A stretch of DNA of 64,000 bases from Dehalococcoidia bacterium (GTDB lineage: Bacteria > Chloroflexota > Dehalococcoidia > Lucifugimonadales > UBA3495). The stretch spans positions 373,932-437,931 of the forward strand of contig OZ250156.1 of the NCBI GenBank assembly GCA_965237745.1, written 5' to 3'. A program made the translations under genes and the position numbers. Each line of letters opens with the position of its first letter. The stretch's first letter is position 1. This document shows, one piece after another, positions 34,892-45,600 of this stretch. The notes under the pieces are model-generated. The model made no database searches. It saw nothing but the letters and a program-made list of their open reading frames with translations, and was not told the DNA's origin.

Positions 34892-35421
34892 ATGCTTCTT
34901 TCCGACGGAGAAATGTTGCTCGCGCTCGAAAGCGGCGAATTATTCATCGACCCCCGTCCTTCCAGCGGCAGCTTTCAACCCGCTTCTATCGATCGTCGAC
35001 TGGACCCAGTGATACGGCTCCAGAAACCAAGCACCGCGGGAATAACCCTGGACCCGACTGTTCTGGACGTTAACAGCTACATCAATGATCATACAGACGA
35101 AGTTAACATAGCTTCTACCAACGGTTACGACCTATCCCCAGGCTCATTCATCATCGGCAAAACGGGGAGACAGTCGGCCTGAGCAACCGGCTTTCCGGCA
35201 GAGTCGAAGGCAGAAGCCGCCTGGCTCGCTTGGGTGTCGGAGTACACATCACAGCACCAAAGATAGACCCCGGCTTCCACAACCAGATCACTCTGGAGAT
35301 TTTCCATCTGGGAAATACAACCGTGAAAATATCAAGCAACATGATAATCTGCACTCTGCTGGTAGAGCGGCTGGGTCATCCGGCAGGAGAGGGCTACCAA
35401 GGGATGTTCCAAGGCTCGTAG
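34892..35421 (+). pseudogene. dCTP deaminase (Dcd/dUTPase-fold)-like gene split by an apparent 1-nt loss at 35159-35167
   Basis: The first frame gives MLLSDGEMLLALESGELFIDP...PASIDRRL...FIIGKT. Frame -1 gives GETVGLSNRLSGRVEGRSRLARLGVGVHITAPKIDPGFHNQITLEIFHLGN.... Together they cover a full Dcd-like protein. The junction lies in an aaaacgggg run. Confidence 0.6.
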
Positions 35422-35699
35422 AAACCACTCCCGCCAGAGAGCATTGCAGGCTACCAAGCAGCGGGCGGCGCAATTGGGCTATCGATTGATCCCCGCAACT
35501 GTCGGAGAACCCACCCTAGAGGTCGCCGTAGCGTGACGACTCCAGTTAGTGCATAGACTCTTTCGAAAGGGTGTGGTACGAAGTGTTGTCCTGGTTGCAA
35601 CAAGACCCGGACGCCACTTCCGTGGTGCCGCTGGACCGGCGGCAATGTGCCTGTCCCAGCCGCTACAACCACGCTCATTTGCGAATCTCAAAGCGCAGA

Positions 35700-35900
35700 G
35701 TGCAGCAGTAGCGGGGATCATGGCGAAGCACCTGGTCTACGCATCGGCCGGTGAAGCCACACCACAACTCGATGCAATGCTGGAATGGGTGATGCCTGTG
35801 AGCGCTCCTTGGCGGGACCTGCCTGGGCAGTACAGTCGGTGACGAACTATGGGCAGCCGGTCCTACCGCTGGCGATGGTGCATCTCAGTTGATGCCGCTT
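35700..35900 (+). pseudogene. IS5-family (DUF4096-type OrfA) transposase remnant
   Basis: ...LDAMLEWVMPVSAPWRDLPGQYSR* followed by RTMGSRSYRWRW resembles ...LWVLRTGAPWRDLP.RYGPW.TVY.RF.RW and is broken by a stop and a frameshift. Confidence 0.35.
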
Positions 35901-36282
35901 GAAAAGTTCCATCACGTCCGGGATCATCCATCTCAACGCCAGCTCAACCTCAACGCTAGCTCAACGCAATAGTCCATTGTGACCGCCTCGCCCAACTCCG
36001 CTGACATCTCTCCTCGCCGAAACCATTAGCGATCTGGCTTCATTCCCCAGTCCGCTATTTATAGTGCGACAGCCATTCGATCCCGTTCTGCCCTCATATT
36101 TCCTTAATGATTTGTTGATATTCTGTCGCTACTTTAAGAGCTAAAACGACGTTGGATACAGCATCCTGGCAGGTATGGACGCCTTACGTTCACTATAATG
36201 TTCCAGGCACCTCAGGATGCGATATGGCATGAGATGTGACTTTTGTCCGTTGATGATTGCCCAGCGTAGTGTGGCATGACCA

Positions 36283-38699
36283 ATGAGCGATGCTGCTATA
36301 GACTCGATACTCGGCAGCGGTAGCTCGCGTCGACGTTGGCTGCTCTTGCCCGCAGCCGCGATTGTGGTTGCCGCAGCGGTGGTGGTCGCTTTTGGGTGAC
36401 CGGTTCGGACAGCTCCGAGGTTGTTACCGAGCCGCAACGGGCCGAAGCCGTCATGGGCCGGTTGAGCACCGAGGTGGAGCTCTCTGGCTCCGCGTTGTCG
36501 GAACGCAGTGACACGCTGAGTTTCGAAGTTTCAGGCGTGGTGGCTTCAGTCACGGCCTCGCAGGGCGATGAGGTGCGGGAGGGGGCTGGGCTCGCCACTC
36601 TTGATGACACCGATGCGCAGCGCCGGATCGAGACAGCCGAAGTACGATTGCGCCAGGCGCAGTTGCGCTTGGACAGTCTGCTGACTGATCCGGAAGCGTC
36701 CGCCGTTGCCTCGGCCAACCAGGCGATCGCGTCTGCGAAGTCTCAAATCGTCGGTGCGGAGCAGGCCCTGGCCCTGCTTTCGGATCCCCCCAGTGCCGCC
36801 GCTTTGGCCAGCGCGGAGCAGGCGGTGGCAAGCGCCCTCGGGCAGATCTCAAGTGTGGAGCAGGCGTTGGCCCTGCTCTCGGAGCCCCCAAGCGCCGCCG
36901 ATTTGGCCAGCGCGGAGCAGGCGGTGGCAAGCGCCCTCGGGCAGATCTCAAGTGCGGAGCAGGCGTTGGCCTTGCTCTCGGAGCCCCCCAGCGCCGCCGA
37001 TTTGGCCAGCGGAGAGCAGGCGGTGGCAAGCGCCCTCGGACAGCTTTCGAGTGCGGAGCAGGCCCTGGCCCTGCTTATCGCTGGTCCCACCGAGGCAGAG
37101 ATCGAAGAATCTCGTGCCGCCGTAACACAAGCTCAGATAAAGGTCACTGCTGCTGCGACCCTTGCGGAAGAACTCATGGAGGCTCTTATAGAAGCTTTCG
37201 ACAGCTCAGAGCCTTCCGACGGTTACTGCGACAGGTACAGCGGCCTCAGCGCCAGCGATGCGGTGATCAGGGACACCTGTGCCGCCACGTTGCCGCTGAC
37301 CGATGTTCAAGTCGAGACACTACGGGGATCGCTTTCAGACAGGTCGAGCACCTACGAAAGCTATGGAAACTCCCTGATTGACGCAAACATCGCGTTTGTG
37401 GCTTCTGACGCCGATAGAGAATCAGCGATTTCAGCCCTCGCATCGGCGGAAGAGAGTCTCACCAACCTGCTCCAGTCGATCACCGAGGATGACCTCTACC
37501 AAGCGGAGCAGGCGGTGGAGGCGGCCAAGGCAAGCCACACCGCAGCCGTGGCCAGGCTTGAGGACCTCCGTGCTGCAGCCGACGCAGGGGACTTCGAGCA
37601 GGCACATGCCTCTCTTGAGAGCGCCCGAGCAAGCTTGGCCAGCGCCGAGGCCCAATACAATGAGTTGGTGTCAGGGCCTACCGAGAACGCCATAGAGCAG
37701 CAGGAGCAGGAAGTGCGCCTGGCCGAGCTTTCAGTGGAGGAGGCTCGCGGAGCAATGGCTGAACTCACGGTGTTCGCGCCCTTCGACGGTGTCGTCGAGG
37801 CCGTGAGTGTTCAGCGGGGCGATCGCATTTCCTCGGGCTCCGCCGCATTCACTCTGAGCACGTCCAACCGGATGCTGATCGAGTTGACCGTTACGGAAGA
37901 AGACCTGTTGGATCTTGAGATCGGGCAGACCGGACTGGCCTCCTTTGATGCCATCGACGGAATCGAATATCCGGTGCGGGTCGTCTCAGTAAGTCGAGTC
38001 CCAAACGCCGAGCAAGGAGTCGTGACTTACGACGTAGAAGCCCGTATCCTCACAGGGTCAGAGCTTGCGGAAGTGGCGGGTGATAGCACCAGGACCGGCA
38101 TCGGCGCGGGTGGTGGATTCGGCGGCGGCCCGCTGGCCGGGCTCGAACTTCCGGAGGGGGTCACGATCCGGCAAGTGGTCCAGGCGCTGATCAGCGGTGA
38201 GCCGCTCCCGGAAGGTGTGGAAATCCCTGAGGAGTTGAAAGCTCTGATGTCAGAACGGGGAGCGGAGGCATTGGCGCGATTTGCCGGCGCCGGTCGAGGG
38301 TCCGGGGCCGGGCAGTCCCCCGCGAGGCAACCGGGCGCTATAGTTTCGCGCCCCCTGCCGGCCCCTGGTATGAGCGGGAGCGTCACCATCCTGACCGAAG
38401 TCCGGGAGCAGTCGGTGCTGGTCCCTGCTTCGGCCGTACGCCAACTCGATGGTGCCTGGTTCGTCAACGTACCGGCTCCGTCCCCAAGCGAATCGCAGGA
38501 CGGATTCGAGCGGATCTTTGTCGAGGTAGGGGAATCCGATGGGACCAATGTCGAGATTGTGAGCGGTGTTGACGCCGGTGCAGTTGTGTTGATCGGAGCC
38601 GACAATTCGGGCATCGCTTTCACCGCCACCCAGCAGCAACCGCGGGCAATCCCCGGACAGGATGGCTTTGGGCCTGGAGGCGGCAGAGGTGGCCAGTGA
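36283..38699 (+). CDS. HlyD/MacA-family periplasmic adaptor (membrane fusion protein) with an expanded coiled coil; the N-terminal membrane anchor lies in a different frame
   Basis: The anchor frame from the ATG at 36283 gives MSDAAIDSILGSGSSRRRWLLLPAAAIVVAAAVVVAFG*. The main frame continues (F)WVTGSDSSEVVTE...LSGSALSERSDTLSFEVSGVVASV.... The switch is at the T4G3 run 36390-96. A beta-barrel/lipoyl-like C-terminal half follows. The stop overlaps the next gene (GTGA). Confidence 0.65.
36786..37083. repeat. 99-bp (33-aa) tandem repeat x3 in the adaptor coiled coil
   Basis: Units start at 36786, 36885 and 36984 and encode PPSAADLASAEQAVASALGQISSAEQALALLSE. A diverged half-unit lies upstream (~36708-36785). 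Confidence 0.85.
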
Positions 38700-39426
38700 T
38701 TCTCCTTCAAGACGTATCCCGTTCCTACTCAATTGGGGAGACGACGGTGAATGCCTTGGCCGGTGTCAATCTCGAGATTGGCCAGGGGTAATTTGTCGCG
38801 GTCATGGGGCAATCGGGCTCTGGCAAGACGACTATGATGAACATTATCGGCCTGCTTGACCGTCCCAGTGGTGGCCGCTATGTCTTCGCTGACTACGATG
38901 TCTCTCAACTCTCCGAGAATGCCCGCGCCCGGCTGCGGGGCCGCGCTCTCGGTTTTATTTTCCAGTCTTACAACCTATTGCCGCGCCTTACGACCCTTGA
39001 GCAGGTGGAACTCCCGCTCATATATCAGGGCGTTCGAAACCGGCGACGGCGCGCCGCCGAAGCGCTGGAACGTGTTGGCCTCCTGGACCGCGTCTTTCAT
39101 CAGCCAACTGAGCTTTCCGGCAGAGAGCAGCAACGGGTCACAATCGCGCGTTCGCTCGTTTCCAACCCTCTGGTGTTGCTCGCCGACGAACCCACAGGGG
39201 CGCTGGACACGACCACGGGCACGAGTTGATGACCCTGCTGAAGGAACTAGTAGAACACCAAGGTTTGACTATCGTCCTGGTGACGCACGAGCAGGAAGTC
39301 GCAAACTATGCGCGGCGCGTCATCCGTATGCGCGACGGCCGGATAATTGAAGACAGTGGCGGGGTGACCGTCGGCGTCGATGCGCACCAAGCGCCGGTCG
39401 ATGGACTCGAGGGAGAGGAGCAGTGA
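38696..39426 (+). pseudogene. MacB/LolD-type ABC transporter ATPase with an in-frame TAA and a frameshift
   Basis: [45 protein letters not shown] has TAA at 38789-91 where GEF is expected. ...ADEPTGALDTTTGTS** changes frame to MMTLLKELVEHQGLTIVLVTHE at ~39220. The signature motif reads LSGREQQ instead of LSGGQQQ. Confidence 0.8.
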
Positions 39427-40679
39427 ATCTGCTTGACGCTTTCAAGATCGCACTGCGAGCAATCTTTGCCAACAGACTGCGGAGCGCTCTGACCTCGCTC
39501 GGCCTCATCATTGGCGTCAGTTCAGTCATTGTGCTGATAGCAATCGGGCAGGGCACACAGAAGGGAGTGACCGACAAAATTCAGGGACTCGGCACTGATC
39601 TGATCTTCATCGAATCCAGTGCTGCTGCGACCACGTCGCAGGGCGGCGGCATCGCCGGACTCGTCTCTTCTACGCTCGTTCAGAGCGACGCCACTGCGAT
39701 TGCCGCAGACGGGATCCCTGGCGTCACTGCGGTCGCCGCGCGCGTGGCCATCGACGCACAGGCTGTCGCTGGCGCAAACAACGTCGGGGCGGGGATCGTC
39801 GGGACTTCCAGCGGGTACTCTGAAGTGCGGGACCTGGCGATCCGCTCCGGCTCGTTCATCACTCCAACGCACGACGAAGAACGGTCGCTGGTCGCAGTGC
39901 TAGGTGCCCGTGTTGCCGATACGCTCTACCCTGGCCTGGTCCCCGTCGGGCAGGAGGTGCGCCTTTCGTTTGCCGGAGGACGACTCGTACTGGCTTTTGT
40001 TGTAGTCGGTGTATTGGAGGAACAAGGGGGCGCCAGCGAGGCCAACGACCAAGTGTTCGTGCCGCTGAGCACCGTGGGAAGGCGTCTACGATTCCTGTAC
40101 ACGCCCAGTGGCGACCTGCGCGTTACACAGCTCGACGTCCAGACTGCAAGCGGCGCCGACGTGGAGCACGTCAAGGAAGAGATCGCAGAGTTACTCCTCT
40201 ACTTGCATGATGTAGCCGAGCCCGACTTTGTAATCCAAAGTCAAGATGATCTGCTCAGCGCCGCCACCGAAGTCAGTAACACGCTCTCCATCCTGCTCGG
40301 CAGCATCGCCGGAATCTCGCTTTTGGTCGGGGGAATCGGCGTGATGAACATCATGCTGGTCTCCGTAACGGAAAGGATTCGCGAGATCGGCATCCGGCGA
40401 GCGGTGGGAGCAACAACTCGCGACATTGTGATGCAGTTCGTGGCGGAGGCGTTGATGCTCAGCATCTTCGGCGGCATTGTCGGCATCGCCGTCGGCGTTG
40501 GGGCATCCCTTGCCGTCAATGGGCGGGAATTGGGCGGTCAGGAGATGGTCACATTGATACAGCCGTGGAGCATTGCCGCGGCTTTCCTTGTCGCAGCGGG
40601 AGTTGGCTTTGCCAGCGGGAGCTATCCTGCTTACCGCGCCACCACGATCGATCCGGTCGCGGCCCTCCGCAACGAATAG
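39423..40679 (+). CDS. ABC transporter permease, MacB/FtsX family
   Basis: 418 aa with a GTG start. ...ALRAIFANRLRSALTSLGLIIGVSSVI..., then a periplasmic domain, then the C-terminal FtsX motif ERIREIGIRRAVGATTRDI. The gene is intact. Confidence 0.85.
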   Translation: MNLLDAFKIALRAIFANRLRSALTSLGLIIGVSSVIVLIAIGQGTQKGVTDKIQGLGTDLIFIESSAAATTSQGGGIAGLVSSTLVQSDATAIAADGIPGVTAVAARVAIDAQAVAGANNVGAGIVGTSSGYSEVRDLAIRSGSFITPTHDEERSLVAVLGARVADTLYPGLVPVGQEVRLSFAGGRLVLAFVVVGVLEEQGGASEANDQVFVPLSTVGRRLRFLYTPSGDLRVTQLDVQTASGADVEHVKEEIAELLLYLHDVAEPDFVIQSQDDLLSAATEVSNTLSILLGSIAGISLLVGGIGVMNIMLVSVTERIREIGIRRAVGATTRDIVMQFVAEALMLSIFGGIVGIAVGVGASLAVNGRELGGQEMVTLIQPWSIAAAFLVAAGVGFASGSYPAYRATTIDPVAALRNE

Positions 40680-41165
40680 TGCCTGCTGGTCGAGACCACC
40701 TTCATGGCCTTCGACCGACTCCGACTTCACCAGACCCTGAATGCCTCACCTTTTCATGGCCGCTGGAACAGCTGAATAAACGTCAAGTCGCAGCGAGATC
40801 CGCGCCGCAATCCGGCTGGGATTGAACAAGCCTCTGAGTTGGATCAGCGGCTTTTTCATACGCATAGTCAAGTCAGTCGCCGTTGAAGCAGCGTCTAACA
40901 CTTGCTGGCCGCCAGTGTGGCGAGAGGGAGCGGACAGGCTGACTATGTCAAGTGGGTGTGGTATAAAAAGGCTGGGCAGATCACAACTGCCCAGTGTACT
41001 TCGGCTGACGGTGCTGATCGACCACCGAATGACCTGCCAGTGAGAAACCACGCACGTTCTCGCTGGTCAGAGCTAATCGCACACAGATTGAGCACCTCGC
41101 CGCAACAAGGCGAGGTGTTTCTGCTTACCAAATGAGAAAGCCAACCCAGCGGAGGAGGACAAGCC

Positions 41166-42161
41166 ATGGCCTTTATGAGAAACATAGGTGCGGCCATATC
41201 GTTTGGAGCGGTGGAAACCACCAAGGCAAAGGGGGCCAGGGAGCAGTACGAGCGCAGTTGCGCGGCATACGAAGAAAAGCGCCGACAATACGATTTATTC
41301 GCCAGACGGGCGAATAGCAGTTTCGAAGAACTGCGGGGGAAAGCAGCGGCTGGCCGCCTGGCGATCGTCAACACCGGAGCACTGTCCATTGACTCTCAAG
41401 GAAATCTGCAATCAGGCTGGCAAAAGGCACTGAACGCAGACGAATATAACGCCGGAGGCGGGGAAAACGCTGAAACCGGAGGCGCGCTAAACGTAATGAC
41501 CGGCACCGGAGCCCCGGCAGTCGCATGGATCGCGGCAGGAGCTCTCGGAATAGCTGCAACCGGAGCCGCCATAGGTGCCTTGTCGGGAGCAGCGGCGTCG
41601 TTTGCTTTGACAGGTATAGGATCCCTCGCAGTACAGCCAGATCTGAGACTAGAGTTCCTGAAATCGAAAAGGAAAGAGGACGAGCGGCTGAGCGCCCTGG
41701 AAGAAAACACGAATACCCTCGCAAAATCGGAAGAAGAAATGGAGCGGAACCAGCAACACTTGGAGGCGATCCTGCCCGAGGTCCTTCCGGCAATGAGAGA
41801 GCTGGACAGTACAACGGGAGCCGTAAAGGAGTCAGACCAAGCAAGGCAGACCAGCGTCAAGCAAATGCGCGCCATGCTATCCGCTGAATGCAACAGGATA
41901 GACGAGCTCACGGAGGCGATCAGGGAATCCATCGAGAAGACCGGCGGAACAGTGGAGGAAAACGCGGCGGTCAAGCTCCAAACGCAAGAACTGGCGTCAG
42001 CCACAGCAAATTTTCACTCGGAAGCTCAAAAACAGGAGGAAATCGTCAATGAGACGATAGACGATACAGTCCGAGCTATCGTCAACCTGCTGGAGAGCGT
42101 CAACAGGGCGGATAGCACAATCGGAAAAGTTTACCCAGCCGCGCGTCCCCGGATTGCGTGA
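41166..42161 (+). CDS. Hypothetical coiled-coil protein with a central Gly/Ala-rich membrane segment
   Basis: Strong SD (ggaggagg) 8 nt upstream. 331 aa. The central segment is GAPAVAWIAAGALGIAATGAAIGALSGAAASFALTGIGSL and is flanked by long charged helices. No family recognised. Confidence 0.55.
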   Translation: MAFMRNIGAAISFGAVETTKAKGAREQYERSCAAYEEKRRQYDLFARRANSSFEELRGKAAAGRLAIVNTGALSIDSQGNLQSGWQKALNADEYNAGGGENAETGGALNVMTGTGAPAVAWIAAGALGIAATGAAIGALSGAAASFALTGIGSLAVQPDLRLEFLKSKRKEDERLSALEENTNTLAKSEEEMERNQQHLEAILPEVLPAMRELDSTTGAVKESDQARQTSVKQMRAMLSAECNRIDELTEAIRESIEKTGGTVEENAAVKLQTQELASATANFHSEAQKQEEIVNETIDDTVRAIVNLLESVNRADSTIGKVYPAARPRIA

Positions 42162-42374
42162 ATGGATTTGCGGGACGGCCGGGATTATTCGGCGTCAGCG
42201 ATCCCTGGAACTGCCGGAAGCAGAGGGGAATCCTGAATGCTCGCACGGGGGCTTTTCCCCATACACGGCGGACTGGTCGGCCTTGGGCTTGGTTTTACCT
42301 GATGGATATCTGCCGGGACTTGGATTGGACTCTGGTTAGTGTGCTTCTTTTCCCTCTCTGCCGGGAGAAACCTC

Positions 42375-42410
42375 AAAGCCCCGGCTCCATCGAGGAGTCC
42401 GGGGCTTTTG
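42375..42410. terminator. Bidirectional intrinsic terminator between convergent genes
   Basis: aaagccccgg-N14-ccggggcttttgg has an 8-10 bp GC stem with an A-run and a T-run on either side. Confidence 0.6.
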
Positions 42411-42658
42411 GATGGTTTTCATAGAGCCATCCTTCCGGCTGAGGGGTTTTAGGTCCGTTGCGCCCGGCGCCCCTGCTCCTGACTATTCTGTCGACCTTAC
42501 TTGCCCGGCCACCGCGTCCTCGCGGGACCATTTGATGATGTCCAGAGAGCAGTGTTCCCTCTTCGGCATTTCCTCACTTGCAGGTCTGGAACAATGACAT
42601 TGACCCTGGGTTAGCATTCGTGAGGCAACCATCGGATGTTGGTCAAACGGCCATCTCG

Positions 42659-45600
42659 TTACGGGATGGTCGTTTGCACAGTGATGCTATTCGATGCGGA
42701 GTTGGCGCGGGTGTAGATGTTCTTGCCGTCGGAGGTTATGCCCTCGCCGACGCCCAGCACCTTGTTGGCGGATAGCTGGACCGTCACCGGTTGACCCAAA
42801 ATGTCGGGGCGACGCTGAGCAAATAGATGCCGGCGACGTCTGGCTCGACTCCGGTCACGATGCCATTGGTTACTTCAGCGTCCTCAACCTCCAGGCCCTG
42901 CACCCTTTCGGTCATGAGCACGCTCAGGCTCGGGTCCGAAAATGCCAATTCTGTCGCGAATGGACCCTGAGCGATCAGGTTCCGGTAGCTGTCGAGGGTA
43001 CTGGGCACGAAGACACCATCGATGTCCACCTGCAACGGACTTGTGTCGTGGTTGGGAGCCGATGCCCCCAGAGTCGGGGAAATGGCCACGACCGAATTTC
43101 CTTGGCGGAAGCGCAGCTGGTACACCTGGGCGCTCCCTCGCTGTAGCCGGCTGTCGGTGAACTGTACGCATGTGTTGCTACCACCGGAGCACGGAGCATA
43201 ACTATCGCCGTCCCCAATCCTCTTCCAATTGCCAACGGCCCCTTCCAACACACGCCAATACCTAATCATGCGGTGTTCCAGAACCACGTTGTTTCCGGTG
43301 GAGACAGCGCTTCCCAAGTCCCAGCAGAGGTCGATTGACGCCTCTTTCATGCGGCTTCCTGGCGTACCAGGCCTGGCTCCACATAGCTTGATTACTTGGC
43401 CTGCCGCGCCCCCATCCACTTTGTGGCCATGGAAGTCACCGTTGTTACCGGGCCTTCCATGATCGAGATTGGCGTCCTTACCGGTTGAGATGTGTTGGAT
43501 GGTGCTGCCGTTCAGCACCAGTTGATTTTGGGCTACATAGATACCGTCGCCATCCTGATCGGCCGATTGCACTACATACTTGAACTCCAGCGTTCGATTG
43601 CCGGTCCCGCGCACGTATAGCAAGGAAATGTCGCGAGCCGAATTGCCAGAATCCTCGAAACTCACGGTGAAAGATGGCGTACCAGCGGCGGTGTTCACCT
43701 CCACTACGGAGTCGAACGTCACACCGAACGAGATAGTCTCCGTTCCCTGTAGGTGTCGCCGGAGAACGGCGCTGAAGTGATACTCACCCCGCCAGCGACA
43801 ATTTGCGGGATCTTGTTCACCAAGTGCCCGCTCTGGTCGGCCAGCGCGTCATGGTCAATGGAAACGTCGTCGGTGGTTCCCTTTACCTTGATGGCCCCGC
43901 CGTTCAGCTCCAGAGCGTCCGCGGCGATTGACACCCCGTTCTGGTCGCTGTCAGCGGAAACCACGGTGTACGAGAAGGTCACGACCCGGTTCCTGGGGTC
44001 AATGGATGAGTGGGTGGCGTTGCGGGTATTACTGCCTATGGTGAGTGCCACCGAGGGCGTGCCGCCGGTGGTATCCACCGCGACCGCCACGTCGAAGGTC
44101 CCGCTGCCGTGATCACATCACCGGCGGCATAGGTGCCGTCAAACCCGGGGGCGCTGCTGAGGGTCACACCGATAGCACCACGCTCGAGATTCCGGATGGC
44201 CAGAGGGTTGCTGGTGGCCTTGGAATAGTTGGTATCCTGAATGTTCGGTGGGAATGCCGGGCAGGGCCCCAATGCTCACCGTCGGATCATCGGTAGCGTT
44301 TTCCGCCGCCTCCACCGTCACGACCGGGCTTTCCGTATCGCCTGCGGAAAAGGTCAGCGTGGTCGCGCCACCGGCGATGCTTCCATCGGTCAAGGTCAGC
44401 GGAAGGACGATGTCGAACGGAGCTCCCGCCGGGATGACAGCCCGGATCTGTAGATTCTCGAGCAACTCCAGTAGCACGGTCAGATTCATCGGGTTCACCG
44501 TGTTACCACCCAGGTGCAGCTCCAGCAAAGCCTCCGTCAGACCGTCGAAGATACCGCTTGGTAATTCCGCAAGCTGGTTGGCTTCCAACTCGAGGTGAAG
44601 CAGCGATGAGAGGCTGTCCAATATACCGCCTGGTAGCACGGTGAGCTGGTTTCCCGACAATAGGAGGTATTCAAGTGACGTCAGGCCTCCGAACTCCCCG
44701 GCTCGCAGCCCGGTAATACTGTTGTCGTTCAACGACAGGATTTCCAGCAAGGCCAAATTGGCAAATGCACCTTCCGGCAGTTTTGCCAGTTGATTATCAC
44801 TCTAATCGAGGTCTGTCAGCGACGTGAGGCCGTCAAAGGCTCCGTCGGGCAACTCGCTGAGCCTGTTGCCGGAGAGATCAAGGTTCACAAGCGACGACAA
44901 GGCGTCAAAGATGCCTTCCGGCAGCCTGGTCAGGCCGAGGTTGGCGGTAATTCGAAGAGTCTGCAACAATGGCAGCCCGTCGAAATCACCCGCCTTGAGC
45001 TCACTGACGGCGGCGCGAACCGGGAGAAAGCCCATCGCGGACAGGTGCGTAGCAGTGACCTCCGCGCAGTCGTTGACGCCAGCGATTTCGCTGACGATCG
45101 CGTCTCGAACCCCAGGGGTACGGTCACAGACCGGCAATCCTTCTCCTGACTTTGCGCTGGCCTCGTCGGACGTATCTCCCGCTCCCAGGGAATTGGTTGC
45201 CCGCACCTGGAATGTGTAGGTTACGCCGTAGGTCAGACCGGGCACCGCGAAGCTGTTCTGATTGGCGCCGCCAGGGGCGCTTTCCAGAATTGCTGTCCAG
45301 GTCTCAGGATACTCTGCGTCCGCGGCTTTCTTGTACCGGTACTCGTGAAAGTCGATATCGGTGCTTTCCGCCGGCGTATCCCAAGACAAGATCATCGTAT
45401 TGTCGCCATTGGTGGCCATCAAGTTGACGGTCGGGCCGGGTAGTTCGGTTGAAAGAACCCTGGAACCGCCACCCGGTAGATTGCCGGTAACTTGCCCGTC
45501 CCTGTGACGCTAACCGTGATCTCGTCGACGCCCTGGTCCAGCGCGACCTGGTGGCCAGTCGCTACCAAGTCTGAGTCGGCGGGGTCAATGCCGTCGATGA

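Noticed and set aside
35159-35167. Programmed -1 ribosomal frameshifting in the dcd-like gene.
   Set aside because: There is no X XXY YYZ slippery heptamer (the sequence is ggcaaaacgggg), and I saw no obvious downstream stimulatory structure. A simple 1-nt loss is more parsimonious.
34379-36300. A search by eye for a direct repeat of the ssrA 3' end (gagtcgaactcccc...) that would mark the far att site of the proposed island.
   Set aside because: No convincing match was found. The only hit is a 6-nt aactcc at ~35990, and a 17-bp tandem duplication (35932-35965, ctcaacgc[c/t]agctcaac) is unrelated to ssrA. The island boundary therefore remains inferred from composition and gene content.
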